A DNA stretch of 64,000 bases. Source: Pristiophorus japonicus. Taxonomy: Eukaryota. The notes beneath the pieces were generated by a model, which was given only the letters and a program-made list of their open reading frames with translations, was not told the DNA's origin and searched no databases. The position numbers and the translations under genes are program-made. The stretch is taken from contig NW_027252668.1 of NCBI RefSeq assembly GCF_044704955.1, positions 2,852,001-2,916,000 of the forward strand, in the 5' to 3' direction. Shown in pieces: positions 23,929-38,246 of the stretch. How positions within the stretch are numbered: position 1 is the first letter of the stretch; each line of letters starts with the position of its first letter.

Positions 23929-23970
23929 GGCTCTTTTAAGAGCCACCCACCGCCTCACAGAGAGAGCAGT
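23929..23970 (+). terminator. H4 3' stem-loop and HDE
   Basis: GGCTCTTTTAAGAGCC-ACCCA then CAGAGAGAGCAG. Confidence 0.93.
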
Positions 23971-24511
23971 GACCTGGGGATCGAAGTGTGGTCAGTTTGG
24001 GTGGGAAATTATTTTAGTTATTTATTTAATGGAAAGTAACACGCTGAGTTATGTAGCGCCTTACACGGCCGTCGGACTTCTCAAAGCCAATAAAGTACTT
24101 TTGCAGTGTAGTCGCTTTAGGAATATGGGAATTATTAAATATTTTAGAACAATAGTTTAATATGAGACCAGAAACTCCGCGTGTCCCAGTCACAATCAGC
24201 GGGCGGGGATACACAGTCTCCCCTCACAGATAATCCTGTTATGTTGTGAGCTTTGTGTGAGAATCGGTGAAACGGGACGGCACTGGCGGGATGGATGCGG
24301 GACTTTGTGTTTACAGGATGCAGTGACCGGGGAATTATTCCCGCCCGCTGCAGACCCATCAGGGAATGGGACAGAATTCAAACCGGAATGTTAAAGAGAA
24401 TGGGATTGGTGATTTATAATGGGGCACAATCGAGGTTATAAAGAGCCGAATTCTTAAATTGCTGGCGGGAAATTAGAGTTTCTTTAATCTGTTCGTTGAG
24501 ACTCTGAAATT

Positions 24512-25138
<627 letters not shown>

Positions 25139-25183
25139 ACTCCTCCTGCCCGGGCTCCAAGCTTTAGCAGCAAGTGCAACAAC

Positions 25184-25226
25184 GGCTCTTTTCAGAGCCA
25201 CCAAATCAGCAAAGGAAAGGGCTGCG
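25184..25226 (+). terminator. H3 3' stem-loop and HDE
   Basis: GGCTCTTTTCAGAGCC-ACCA then AAGGAAAGGGCTG. Confidence 0.93.
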
Positions 25227-25823
25227 ACCTCCTCCAGACAAATTGTCCTGTATGTACGTCTTGTGTTATTATAACTGGGGCTTTATGTAGTGCAGGCGGT
25301 GATTATCTGACGGTGCGGCTTTGATTCAGGTATCAATGCAAGTCAGATGCCCAATATACCGACTACACCCGCCCAATGTGGGGCGCTAACTGTAAGTGGG
25401 ATATCTGATAGTGAATTAATCCCACTGCACAGACCGGAATAGATTCCAGAGAGGGGACGAGCTGCCTGTAATCTGTATCTCACCTTTAACCCAGCTCTTA
25501 ATGCGGGCACAGGTCGGATACTATTTGGGATATTTTAAATTAAACATGAGCTGCAATTCCATCCTTCTGTTCGCAAATTTTAAAAATGGGTAAAAGTCCG
25601 CATGGATCAATGTGTTCAAATGTATATATTTCTCCCTGTGGAATTATTGCCCCTATAAAAGTCAGTGAGCCTATCAACCGCTCATTGCTTTATACTCGGC
25701 TCTTATCATCCGGTTCATATTCGGCTGTCCCAACATGTTCAATGACTAGCGGTCTCACGTTCAGCTTCCGTCTGTTTTTGTATTAAATTAGACGAGGGAG
25801 AATTGTGTTCCACAGAACAGAAA

Positions 25824-25865
25824 GCAGCCCTTTCACAGAGAATGTGGGTGGCTCTGAAAAGAGCC
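25824..25865 (-). terminator. H2A 3' stem-loop and HDE
   Basis: Minus strand GGCTCTTTTCAGAGCC (25865-25850), ACCCA, then GTGAAAGGGCTG. Confidence 0.93.
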
Positions 25866-25895
25866 GTTGGGTTATTAGATTAAATCCTGTCCGCT

Positions 25896-26512
<617 letters not shown>

Positions 26513-27232
26513 AAGAAATTTTTAAATAGCGGATTATGTTAATATAAATTCACCATTAGTCAAAGATTTCCCAACACGTTTTAATTAATTTTGTCTTTTA
26601 CATATTCCCCTTGCAAGTTCCAGGCTGTTACAATCAAGATTAAATTCGGGTACTATTTCAAACTGTCTAATGGGCGGGAATCAATCTCCACCGATTCTGT
26701 AACGGGACACATTCCAACTCAATCTTTGTAAAAGTTGGGTTTCACAGATTATCGATCCCCCCCAAAGACGGGAGTGAGCCCAGAACTGGGGGTCCTTCTG
26801 TGAAAAGAGAAGAGGGACAGAGTGTTCAAACTGCCCCGGTTCTGGTCTCTGGAAGAACTCCCATTCTGGGTTGTTACACTGCGGGGAGTGTCGGCTTAAT
26901 AAACGGACTGACCCGCAACAGGAATTGAAAAATAAACTTGAAAAGGGCTTGCGAGAGAGAATGTGTGACTGAAATTTGAGTCTCAGCCCCTAAACAAGCT
27001 CTTAATTCGGCAGGCGGTGTAAATGAACGGGTCTGAGAGCAAAGGGAAACAGCGACCAGGGACCGTGTTTGTAGTTGGCGGAAAATTCCAGCGACGCTAA
27101 AGTGGAACCAGACAGTGAAACTGATATCTGAGAATTCAAAACTAAATCTACAGCTGGAAGTGTAAAAGTTCTCAAATATACTTGTTCAGGAAATAATTAC
27201 AGTAAACAGAGTGTAAAGGGAGATGTGTTTGT

Positions 27233-27274
27233 GCAGCTCTTTCAGAGAGGTTGTGGGTGGCTCTTAAAAGAGCC
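27233..27274 (-). terminator. H2B 3' stem-loop and HDE
   Basis: Minus strand GGCTCTTTTAAGAGCC (27274-27259), ACCCA, then CTGAAAGAGCTG. Confidence 0.93.
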
Positions 27275-27314
27275 GTTGTGTTTGGGGTTTGATCTCTCAG
27301 GACAGCGGGCAGTC

Positions 27315-27692
27315 TCACTTGGAGCTGGTGTACTTGGTCACCGCCTTTGTCCCTTCCGACACGGCGTGCTTGGCCAACTCCCCGGGCAGTAGCAGGCGCA
27401 CGGCGGTCTGGATCTCCCGGGAACTGATGGTGCGGCGCTTGTTGTAATGGGCCAGGCGGGAAGCCTCACCCGCGATGCGCTCGAAAATATCGCTCACAAA
27501 CGAGTTCATGATGCCCATGGCCTTGGAGGAGATGCCGGTGTCGGGGTGAACCTGCTTCATCACTTTGTAGATGTAGATGGCGTAACTCTCCTTCCTCGAC
27601 TTTCTGCGCCTCTTGCCGCTCTTCGCTGGGGTTTTCTTGATTACTTTCTTGGCGCCTTTCTTGGCGGGACCTGTTTTCTTTTCGTCAGCCAT
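27315..27692 (-). CDS. H2B: Histone H2B (125 aa)
   Basis: [27 protein letters not shown]...[26 protein letters not shown]. Confidence 0.99.
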   Translation of the reverse strand: MADEKKTGPAKKGAKKVIKKTPAKSGKRRRKSRKESYAIYIYKVMKQVHPDTGISSKAMGIMNSFVSDIFERIAGEASRLAHYNKRRTISSREIQTAVRLLLPGELAKHAVSEGTKAVTKYTSSK

Positions 27693-27739
27693 CGTCTCGT
27701 TCAGTCAGGCGCAGATTTGGGGAAATTCTGCTCCGAACC

Positions 27740-27875
27740 CGTATTATATCGGCAGCCCCCACACTCCGCCCACAGCCCTATGCTAATGAGGGACGAGCGA
27801 AGGCAATGGTTGTGATTGGCTTGTCAATATCCATTGTTCAGTATCTCTCTGATTGGATGTTTAAAGAGACCAATC
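27740..27875 (-). promoter_or_regulatory. H2B promoter: TATA, GC box, H2B octamer box, CCAAT boxes
   Basis: Minus strand ATATAATA near 27745; CCTCATTAGCATAG (octamer variant at 27780-27787; H2B box consensus CCTTATTTGCATAAG); CCAAT motifs near 27817, 27854 and 27870. Confidence 0.75.
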
Positions 27876-28194
27876 AAATTTGTTGCTCGCCACAATCTCA
27901 AATTCTTGAATGAGGTCATCAGTTGCAACACCTCCTGATTTATATCTGTTCTTTGTGCTTCTGTTCTGCTTTCAGGCAAAAATCTTACGAAGAAGGTTCA
28001 TGCATTTTTTCCTATAATATATATATTTTAGAATCTGAACAGCAAACTCGCTGCTCTGTTTGCCGATCTCGATTTCTACATGTTCAACAGACAATGACCG
28101 CTTTATACCCGAGATTGACTGAGGGTGACTTCTGGTCAAGAATCTCCCAGTTTATCAACCGTCGGGATTTAATATTAAGTAGAAAAATACTGAA

Positions 28195-28612
28195 TTGGAT
28201 TTATATAGCGCCTTTCATGACCTGCTTCACATCCAACGAAATACTTTTTGAAGAGTAGGCACTGATGTAATGTAACGCGGCAGCCAATTTGGGAACAGCA
28301 AGCTCCCACAAACAGCAACATGATAATGGTCAAATGATCTGTTGTGTTGTGTTGATCGAGGGATAAATATTGCCTATGACACGCGATAACTCCCCATATT
28401 GCTATGAGATGTTTTGCGTCCAGCTGAGAGAGCAGACGGTGGCTCGGTTTAACGTCTTATCCGATCGATGTCACCTCCGACAATGTAGCGCTCTCTCAAC
28501 ACTGCACTGGAGTTTCAGCCTAGATTTTTCTGCTCAAGACCCTGGAGTGGGACTTGAACCCACAACTTTCTGACTCAAAAGTGTGGGTGCTCCCAACTGA
28601 AGCACAGCTGAT
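28195..28612 (-). mobile_element. tRNA-headed DeuSINE (SacSINE1-like)
   Basis: Minus strand has a tRNA-like head (TCAGCTGTG...GTGGGTTCAAGTCCCACTCCAG), a Deu-like core (TGTCGGAGGTG...CGGATAAGACGTTAAACCGAG) and the tail AAGGCGCTATATAAAT. Family name from recall. Confidence 0.75.
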
Positions 28613-28651
28613 AAGATTGTGATCAATAGATCAGTTTCTTCAGACAGTAAC

Positions 28652-28788
28652 CAGCCCTTTTACAGATAGAGTGGGTGGCTCTGAAAAGAACCAACGTGGC
28701 ATTAGATTAAATCTTGTCCACTTTACTTGTTCTTGCTGAACCCAACCTTGGATTTCTTTGTCAGAAGCACTGCCTGGATATTGGGCAG
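28652..28788 (-). pseudogene. H2A: Histone H2A 3' fragment with 3' UTR, stem-loop and HDE
   Basis: [21 protein letters not shown], then a UTR (GATTTAATCTAAT) homologous to the intact H2A UTR, GGTTCTTTTCAGAGCCACCCA and AAAAGGGCTG. Confidence 0.88.
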
Positions 28789-28857
28789 TTCAGCCATGAT
28801 CCTATTGAATTGTGGAGCAGGCTCCAGAGTCCTTTTGGCCTTCTCCTGTTTCTTATA
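28788..28857 (+). mobile_element. Short CR1 3' tail
   Basis: TTCAGCCATGATCCTATTGAAT...GGAGCAGGCTC...TGGCCTTCTCCTGTTTCTTAT. Confidence 0.7.
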
Positions 28858-30049
28858 GCTGTCAGTCGCTGATATGTGAGTGTTTTTTTTACCTCAGTTA
28901 CTGGCAGACGAATTTGGGTTTTATTATACACCTGTCAAATTCTGGTATGTGATTATCATTCTATTTCTGTCTGTCTCTGTGATATGTGTGTGGGTTTATT
29001 CTGCACTTTGTCTGTTTCTGTATGGGAGTGCGTGTTTTATTCTCTACCTGGCAGCCTCTGGTATGATTTCATCTGTACCTGTCCATCTGTGGCTGGTATC
29101 TGAGTGGGCTTTAATCTGTCATTTCTGGTATGTGAGTGTTGGGTATAATCTGTACCTGTCATTTCTGGTGTATGAGAGTGGGGTTTAATCTGTACCTGTC
29201 AGTTTCTGATATCTGACTGGAGTTTAATCTGTACCTATCTGTTTCTGGTATGTGAGTTGTGTGTTTTATTCTGTACTTGTCAATTTCTGGTATGCAAGTG
29301 TTGGATTTATTTTATACCCATCAGTCTCTAGTATGCGAGTGTGGAATTTAATCTGCATCTGTCTGATTCTGGTATGTGAGAGTTGGGTTTCATCTGTACC
29401 TGGCAGGTTCTGATATGTAAGTGTGGGGTTTATTCTGTACCTTTCTGCCCAAGTATGTGAGTGTAATGTTTATTCTGTACCTGTCAGTGAGTGTGGGGGA
29501 TATTCGGTACCTCTTTGTTTCAGGTGTGTGAGTGTTAGATTTAGTCTGTACCTGGTTGTTTCTGGTATACAAATGTTGCGTTAAATCTGTACCCATCAGC
29601 TTCCACTTTGTGAGTGTGGGATTTAATCTGTACCTGTCATTTCTGGTATGCGAGTGTGGGTTTAATCAAAATCTGTACCTGTCAGATTCTGGTGTGTGTG
29701 AATATGGGTTTTATTCTGTACCTGTCATTTTCTGGTATGTGAGGGTGGGCTTTTCTCTATTTTTCTGGCCTTGGTATGTGAGGATGGGATTTCATCTGTA
29801 CCTGCCAATCTGTGGCTGGTATATGAGAGTGGAGTATAATCTGTACCTGTCACTTTCAGGGATGTGAGAGTGGGATTTAATCTGCACCTGTCGTTTCTGG
29901 TGAGTGTTGGGTATAATCTGTACCTGTAGGATTTCCTTGCTTTCTGTCAACTTCTGCTACAAAGTTTTTACCATGAATTTGTCAGTTTCTGGTAGGGGAA
30001 TGCGGGTTTCACTTTGCACCTGTCAGCATTTTATGTGTGAGTATCAGTG
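28858..30049. repeat. Degenerate ~41-bp satellite
   Basis: AATCTGTACCTGTCATTTCTGGTATGTGAGTGTGGG-type units, as at 9530-10215 and 14120-15690. Confidence 0.8.
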
Positions 30050-33000
30050 TTTCCCTGTATATATCTGTCTCTGGTGTGTGAGAGTGGGATTTTCTCTGGA
30101 AATATCTGTCTCTGATGTGTGAGGGTGGGATTTTCTCTGCATATATCTGTGTCTGGTGTGTGAGGGTGGGCTGATCCCTGTATATATCTGTCTCTGGTAT
30201 GTGAGGGTGGGATTTTCTCTGTATATATCTATGTCTGGTGTGTGAGGGTGGGATTTTCTCTGCATATATCTGTGTCTGGTGTGTGAGGGTGGGATTTTCT
30301 CTGTATATATCTGTCTCTGGTATGTGAGGGTGGGATTTTCCCTGCATATATCTGTCTGGTATGTGAGGGTGGGATTTTCCCTGCATATATCTCTGTCTCT
30401 AGTGTGTGAGGGGAGAATTTTCCCTGCATATATCTGTCTCTGGTATGTGAGGGTGGGATTTTCTCTGTAGATATCTGCCTCTGGTGTGTCAGGGTGGGAT
30501 TTTCTCTGTGCATATCTGTCTCTGGTGTGTCAGGGTGGGATTTTCTCGATATATATCTGTCTCTGGTGTGTGAGGGTGGGATTTTCTCTGTATATAATCG
30601 GTCTCTGATGTGTGAGGGTGGGATTTTCCCTGTATATATCTGTCTCTCGTGTGTGAGGGTGGGATTTTCCCTGTATATATCTGTCTCTGGTATGTGAGGG
30701 TGGGATTTTCCCTGTATATATCTGTCTACTGTGTGGGAGTGAGATTTTCCCGATATATATCTGTCTCTGGTGTGTGAGGGTGGGATTTTCCCTGTATATA
30801 CCCGTCTCTGGTGTGAGGGTGGGATTTTCTTTGTATATATCTGTCTAGTATGTGAGGGTCAAATTTTCTCTGTATATATCTGTCTCTGGACGTGAGGGTG
30901 AGATTTTCCTTGTATATATCTGGCTCTGGTATGTGAGGATGGAATTTTCCCTGAATATATCTGTCTCTGGTGTGTGAGGGTGGGCTTTTCTCTGTATATA
31001 TCTGTCTCTGGTATGAGAGAGTGGGATTTTCTCTCTATATATCTGTCTCTGGTGTGTGAGGGTGGGATTTTCTCTGGAAATATCTGTGTCTGGTCTGTGT
31101 GGGTGGGATTTTTCCTGTATAAATCTGTCTCTGGTGTGTGAGGGTGGGATTTTCCCTGTATATAATCGGTCTCCGGTGTGTGAGGGTGGGACTTTCCCTG
31201 TATATAATCAGTCTCTGGTGTGTGAGGGTGGGATTTTCCCTGTATATATCTGTCTCTGGTGTGTGAGGGTGGGATTTTCTCTGGAAATATCTGTCTCTGG
31301 TGTGTGAGGGTGGGATTTTCCCTGTATATACCCATCTCTGGTACATGAGGGTCGGATTTTCCCTGTATATATCTGTCTCTGGTGTGAGGGTGGGATTTTC
31401 TCTGTATATATCTGTCTCTGGTATGTGAGGCTGAGATTTTCCTTGTATATATCTGGCTCTGTTGTGTGAGGATGCAATTTTTCCTGAATATATCTGTCTC
31501 TGGTGTGTGAGGTTGGGATTTTCCCTGTATATATATCTGTCTCGTGTGTGAGCGTGTGATTTTCTCTGTATATATCTGTCTCTCGTGTGTGAGGGTGGGA
31601 TTTTCTCTGTATGTATCTGTCTCTGGTATGTGAGGGTGCGATTTTCTCTGTGCATATGTCTCTGGTATGTGGGAGTGCGATTTTCTCGGTATATACCTGT
31701 CTCTGGTGTGTGAGGATGAGATTTTCCCTGTATATACCCGTCCCTGGTGTGAGGGTGGGATTTTCTCTGTACATATCTGTCTAGTATGTGAGGGTTGGAT
31801 TTTCTCTGTATATATCTATCTGTCCCTGCTATGTGAGGGTGAGATTTTCCTTGTATATATCTGGCTCTGGTATGTGAGGATGGAAATTTCCCTGAATATA
31901 TCTGTCTCTGGTGTGTGAGGGTGGGATTTTCCCTGTATATATTAGTCTCTCATGTGTGATGGTCGGATTTTCTCAGCATATATCTGTCTCTGGTATGTGA
32001 GGATGAGATTTTCTCTGTATATATCTGTCTCTGGTATGAGAGAGTGGGATTTTCTCTCTATATATCTGTCTCTGGTGTGTGAGGGTGGGATTTTCTCGGT
32101 ATATATCTGTCTCTGGTGTGAGGGTGGGATTTTCTCTGTATATATCTGTCTAGTATGTGAGGGCCGGATTTTCTCTGTATATATCTGTCTCTGGTATGTG
32201 AGGGTGAGATTTTCCTTGTAGATATCTGTCTCTGGTGTGTGAGGGTGGGATTTTCCCGGTATATATCTGTCTCTGGTGTGAGGGTGGGATTTTCTCTGTA
32301 TATATCTGTCTCTGATGTGTGAGGGTGGGCTTTTCTCTGTATATATCTGTCTCTGGTATGTGAGGGTGAGATTTTCCTTGTATATATCTGTCTCTGGTGT
32401 GTGAGGGTGTGATTTTCCCGGTATAGTTCTGTCTCTGGTGTGTGAGGGAGGGATTTTCCCTGTATATATACAGTCTCCGGTAGGTGAGGGTGGGATTTTC
32501 ACAATACATATCAATCTCTGGTATGTGAGGATGGAATTTTCCCAGTAAATATCTGTCTCTGGTGCTTGAGGGTGGGATTTTCTCTGTATATAATCGGTCT
32601 CTGGTGTGTGAGGATGGAATTTTCCCTGAATATATCTGTCTCTGGTGTGTGGGAGTGGGATTTTCTCAATATATATACTGTCTCCGGTATGTGAGGGTGG
32701 AATTTTCCCTGTATATATCGGTCTCCGATATGTGCGGGTGGAATTTTCTCTGTATATAATCGGTCTCTGGTATGTGAGGGTGGGATTTTCCCTGTATATA
32801 TCTGTCTGGTGTGTAAGGGTGGGATTTATTCTCTATATATCTGTCTCTGTATGTGAGGGTGTGATTTTCCCTGTACATATCTGTCACTGGCACGTGAGGG
32901 TGGGATTTTCCCTGTATATACCTGTCTCTGGTATGTGAGGGTGCGATTTTCTCTGTGCATATCTGTCTCTGGTATGTGATGGTCGGATTTTCCCTGTACA

Positions 33001-36000
33001 TATCTGTCAATGGTACGTGAGGGTGGGATTTTCTCTGTGAATACCTGTCTCTGGTATGTGAGGGTGGGATTTTCTCTGTGCATACCTGTCTCTGGTATGT
33101 GATGGTGGGATGTTCCCTGCATATATGTCTCTGGTGTGTGAGGGTGGGATTTTCCCTGTATATAATCTGTCTAGTGTGTGAGGGTGGGATTTTTCCTGTA
33201 TATACCTGTCTCTGGCATGTGAGGGTGGGATTTTCTCTGCGCATATCTGTTATGGTCTGTGATGGTGGGACTTTCCCTGTCTGTATCTGTCTCTGGTGTG
33301 TGAGGGTAAGATTTTCTCTGTATATATCGGTCTCTGATATGTGAGGGTGGGATTTTCCCTGTATATATCTGTCTGGTGTGTGAGGGTGTGATTTTCTCTG
33401 TATATATCTGACTGTCGTGTGTGAGAGTGGGATTTTCCCGGTATATAAATATATAGTCTCCAGTATGCGAGAGTGGGATTTTCCCTGTATGTATTTGCCT
33501 CTGGTGTGTGATGGTGGGATTTTCCCTGTATACATCTGTCTCTGGTGTTTCAGGCTGGGATTTTCCCTGAATATATCTGTCTCTGGTGTGTGTGGGTGGG
33601 ATTTTCCATGCTTAAATCGGTCTTTGGTGTGTGAGGGTGGGATTATCCATGCTTAAATCGGTCTCTGGTATGTGATGGTGGTATTTTCCCTGTATACATC
33701 TGTCTCTGGTGTTTCAGGCTGGGATTTTCCCTGAATATATCTGTCTCTGGTGTGTGAGGGTGGGATTTTCCCTGAATATATCTGTCTCTGGTGTGTGAGG
33801 GTGGGATTTTCCATGCTTAAATCGGTCTCTGGTGTGTGAGGGTGGGATTATCCATGCATAAATCGGTCTCTGGTGTGTGAGGGTGGGATTTTCTATGTAT
33901 ATATCTGTCTGGTGTGTGAGGGTAGGATTTTCCATGCTTAAATCGGTCTCTGGTGTGTGAGGGTGGGATTTTCCCTGTATAAATCTGTATCTGGTGTGTG
34001 AGGGTGGGATTTTCCTTGTACATGTCTGTCTCTGGTATGTGATGGTGGGATTTTCCTTGTCTCTATCTGTCTCGTGTGTGAGGGTGGGATTTTCCCTGAA
34101 TATATCTGTCTCTGGTGTGTGAGGGTGGGATTTTCCATGCTTAAATCGGTCTCTGGTGTGTGAGGGTGGGATTATCCATGCATAAATCGGTCTCTGGTGT
34201 GTGAGGGTGGGATTTTCTATGTATATATCTGTCTGGTGTGTGAGGGTGGGATTTTCCATGCTTAAATCGGTCTCTGGTGTGTGAGGGTGGGATTTTCCCT
34301 GTATAAATCTGTATCTGGTGTGTGAGGGTGGGATTTTCCTTGTACATGCCTGTCTCTGGTATGTGATGGTGGGATTTTCCTTGTCTCTATCTGTCTCGTG
34401 TGTGAGGGTGGGATTTTCCCTGTATATATCTGTCTCTGGTGTGTGAGAGTGAGATTTTCTCTGTATATATCGGTCTCTGGTATGTGAGGCTGGGATTTGT
34501 CCTGTGTATATCTGGTGTGTGATGGTCGGCTTTTCCCTGTATATATCTGTCTCGGATGTGTGAGAGTGGGATTTTCTCTGTATATACCTGTCTCTGCTGT
34601 GTGAGGGTGCGATTTTCTCTGCATATATCTGTCTCTGGTGTGTGAAGGTGGGATTTTCCCTGTATATATCTGTCTCTGGTATGTGAGGGTGGGATTTTCC
34701 CTGAATATGCTGTGCTGGGGCCCCAGCTGTTTACATTGTACATTAATGATTTGGACGAGGGGATTAAATGTAGTATCTCCAAATTTGTGGATGACACTAA
34801 GTTGGGTGGCAGTGTGAGCTGCGAGGAGGATGCTATGAGGCTGCAGAGTGACTTGGATAGGTTAGGTGAGTGGGCAAATGCATGGCAGATGAAGTATAAT
34901 GTGGATACATGTGAGGTTATCCACTTTGGTGGTAAAAACAGAGAGACAGTCTATTATCTGAATGGTGACAGATTAGGAAAAGGGGAGGTGCAACGAGACC
35001 TGGGTGTCATGGTACATCAGTCATTGAAGGTTGGCATGCAGGTACAGCAGGCGGTGAAGAAAGCAAATGGCATGTTGGCCTTCATAGCGAGGGGATTTGA
35101 GTACAGGGGCAGAGAGGTATTGCTACAGTTGTACAGGGCCTTGGGAGGTATTGCTACAGTTGTACAGGGCCATATCTGTCTCTGGTGTGTGAGGGTGGGC
35201 TTTTCCCTGTATAGATCTGTCTCCGGTATGTGAGGGTGGGATTTTCCCTGTATAGGTCTGTCTCCAGTATGTGAGGGTGGGATTTTCTCTGTATATATCT
35301 GTCTCTGGTATGTGAGGGTGGGATTGTGTCTGTATATATCTGTCTCTGGTATGTGAGGGTGGGATTTCGCTCTTTGTATCTGTCTGGTTTGTGAGGGAGG
35401 TATTTTTCCTGTATATTTATAGATATAATCTCCGTTATGTGAGGGTGGGATTTTCCCTGTATGTATCTGCCTCTGGTGTGTGAGAGTGTAATTTTCTCTG
35501 TGTATACCTGTCTCTGGTGTGAGACGGTGGGAATTTCTCTGTATATATCTGTCTGGTGTGTGATGTTGGGATTTTTCCTGTATATATCTGTCTCTGGTGT
35601 GTGAGGGTGGGATTTTCCCTGTATATATCTGTTTCCGGTATGTGAGGGTGGGATTTTCCCGGTATATATCTGTCTCTGGTGTGTGAGGGTGGGATTTTCC
35701 CTGAATATATCTGTCTCTGGTGTGTGATGATGGGATTTTCCCTGAATATATCTGTCTCTGGTAGTTGAGGATGGAATTTTCCCTCTGTATATCTGTCTCT
35801 GGTATGTGAGGGTGGGATTTTGTTTGTATATATCTGTCTCTGGTATGTGAGGGTGGGATTTTCGCTCTTTGTATCTGTCTGGTGTGTGAGGGTGATATTT
35901 TTCCTGTATATTTATATATATAATCTCCAGTATGTGAGGGTGGGATTTTCACTGAATATATCTGTCTCTTGTGTGTGATGGTGGGATTTTCCCTGTATAT

Positions 36001-36540
36001 ATCTGTCTCTGGTGTGTGAGGGTGGGATTTTGCTTGTCTCTATCTGTCTCGTGTGTGAGGGTGGGATTTTCCCTGTATATATCTGTCTCTGGTGTGTGAG
36101 AGTGGGATTTTCTCTGTATATATCGGTCTCTGGTATGTGAGGCTGGGATTTGTCCTGTGTATATCTGGTGTGTGATGGTCAGCTTTTCCCTGTATATATC
36201 TGTCTCGGATGTGTGAGAGTGGGATTTTCTCTGTATATACCTGTCTCTGCTGTGTGAGGGTGCGACTTTCTCTGTATATATCTGTCTCTGGTGTGTGAAG
36301 GTGGGATTTTCCCTGTATATAATCGGTCTCTGATATGTGAGGGTGGGATTTTCCCTGTATATATCTGTCTCTGGTGTGTGAGGGTGGGATTTCCTCTCGT
36401 ATATATATATATATATAATGTCTCTGGTATGTGAGTTTGGGATTTTCCCTGTACATATCTGTCTCTGGTGTGAGGGTGGGATTTTCCCGGTAGATATCTG
36501 TCTCTGGTATGTGAGGGTGGGATTTTCTCTATTTATCTGC
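30050..36540. repeat. 41-bp satellite SatA, right array
   Basis: Same consensus as 961-8130; internal duplications at offsets 324 (33811/34135) and 1653 (34381/36034). Confidence 0.95.
34709..35171 (+). mobile_element. Doubly truncated CR1 RT fragment, copy 5
   Basis: Same 5' junction and same terminal direct repeat as copies 2 and 3; FVDD motif. Confidence 0.93.
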
Positions 36541-36938
36541 CAGTTTCTGAAATGTGAGTGTGGGTCTTCCTCTGTACCTGACAGTTTCTGCTTAATTGAG
36601 AATTGATGCCGCCTATCTCATACCGTTTAAATCAACACCTTTCTTGTCTGTCACTGCTGCTGTAACTACATTCGTTGTTTTACTATTACCTTCACTTGGA
36701 GTATCCTTGGCACTGTTTGGGACCCGACCTCTGCTCTTCACCCATTTTTTGGACATTTAACCACCATTTGTACTGTAGTTTTTCACTGAGTACTCATTTA
36801 TTAGTTTGAAGTCCCTTTTAGTTTAATTTTGTTAATTTTAATTTTCAAATGGCATTGACAGTTGTCTTGTTGTAAAATCCTGCTGCAAGATTCCATAATT
36901 CAGTTCTGACCTGCGACGGATATTAAAAGTACCTCGGT

Positions 36939-37010
36939 TGAGATGGCCAAGAATCAAACCCGGGTCAACTGCTTGAAAGGCAGCTATGCTCGGCACTATA
37001 CCACCATCGC
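36939..37010 (-). pseudogene. tRNA-Gly(TCC)-derived pseudogene with TTC anticodon, copy 2
   Basis: Reverse complement GCGATGGTGGTATAGTGCCGAGCATAGCTGCCTTTCAAGCAGTTGACCCGGGTTTGATTCTTGGCCATCTCA; D-loop GG lost, B box reads GGTTTGA. Confidence 0.85.
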
Positions 37011-37423
37011 CCACACATCAGTCATTTTGTATTTGCAGACAAACTGCTTCTTACGGGTCTTCAGCGGGACAAATAAATTGCTGTGCAATCATTTTAATCA
37101 GAATGTAAGCACGGTGCTGGGACACCTTCCCTCCAATTACAAATGGTCACTGTCAATAGTAATCTTGCTTGGACCGAGCCCTCACCCCATTTATTAGTTT
37201 AAAGTCTGGACTGAGTCCTCACCCCAGTTACTTTTTCTTCAGTCCCCTCTAGATTAAACAATAGTTATCACCAAAAATGAATGAAACCTCAATTTTATGT
37301 GATAAATAAATGGATGATGAATGTGCTTTGTAAATGTTAGAGAAATAGCATTTGCTGGAAGGCACTCGTGTTCGGTTCTAAACTGCGACATGGTGACATA
37401 AACTGTATTAAATGGAGCCTGTT

Positions 37424-37495
37424 TGTGCTGGCCGAGAATGAAACCTGAGTCAACCCCTGGGAAGGCAGCTATGCTCAGCACTATAGCACCATCAC
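37424..37495 (-). pseudogene. tRNA-Gly(TCC) pseudogene, copy 2
   Basis: Paralog of 9022-9093 at +28,402. Confidence 0.8.
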
Positions 37496-37650
37496 ACTAA
37501 GTTTAACATGTAAACCTCTGTATTGACAGACCACTCATCATGGGTCTTTGGAGCTTTAGTCAGGACTAACTGCAATCATTGTAATCTGAACGAAAACAAG
37601 GTGTTCAGGTTATTTGTCTCCAGCTTATAACAGTTACTGATGAATGGTTA

Positions 37651-37922
37651 TAGAAAGATAGAAACATAGAAAATAGGTGCAGGAGTCGGCCATTCGGCCC
37701 TTCTAGCCTGCACCGCCATTCAATGAGTTCATGGCTGAACATGCAACTTCAGTACCCCATTCCTGCTTTCTCGCCATACCCCTTGATGCCCTTAGTAGTA
37801 AGGACTTCATCTAACTTGTTTTTGAATATATTTAGTGAATTGGCCTCAACAACTTTCTGTGGTAGTGAATTCCACAGGTTCACCACTCTCTGGGTGAAGA
37901 AATTCCTCCTCATCTCGGTCCT
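37651..37922 (-). mobile_element. CR1 3' fragment, same subfamily as copies 1 and 4
   Basis: RTEMRRNFFTQRVVNLWNSLPQ...GIKGYGEKAGMGY* plus UTR and (TAGAAACA)-type tail. Confidence 0.9.
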
Positions 37923-38064
37923 ATGTTTGGAAAGTTCTGTTCGAGAGCAAAGGTATCCTCTTCGAAACAGAAAACAAGTGCTTAAGTTTGAGTTGTGAAT
38001 ATGGCAAAATAAGTCCATATTTTTTGATGTGTATAACCATGCAAGTATGGAGAATGATTTATTT

Positions 38065-38246
38065 TGTTATGATTACTTCTTCATGAAGGAGGGAGAAGCT
38101 CCCCCCAGTGGACTACTGCTCCACCTAGTGGACTACTCTGGCAATGCAACTAACAATGTATGTAATAAAAGGACCATGTGACAAGGTCACATGACAAGTT
38201 CCTGTAGAGCCATCTTGTGTATGTGTGTGTTTCTGATGTCGTAACA
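38065..38246 (+). mobile_element. Possible short solo LTR (182 bp)
   Basis: TGTTATGA...TCGTAACA (7/8 inverted match), AATAAA at 38164; no TSD visible. Confidence 0.45.

Larger units (their letters stand above)
36500..37650. repeat. Segmental duplication, copy 2 (paralog of 8100-9249)
   Basis: Colinear near-identity ending at GATGAATGGTTAT, where a CR1 tail begins. Confidence 0.95.

Noticed and set aside
24050-24130. Possible remnant of the DeuSINE 3' end
   Set aside because: Similarity (TAGCGCCTT...AAGTACTTTTG) is too short to support without an alignment.
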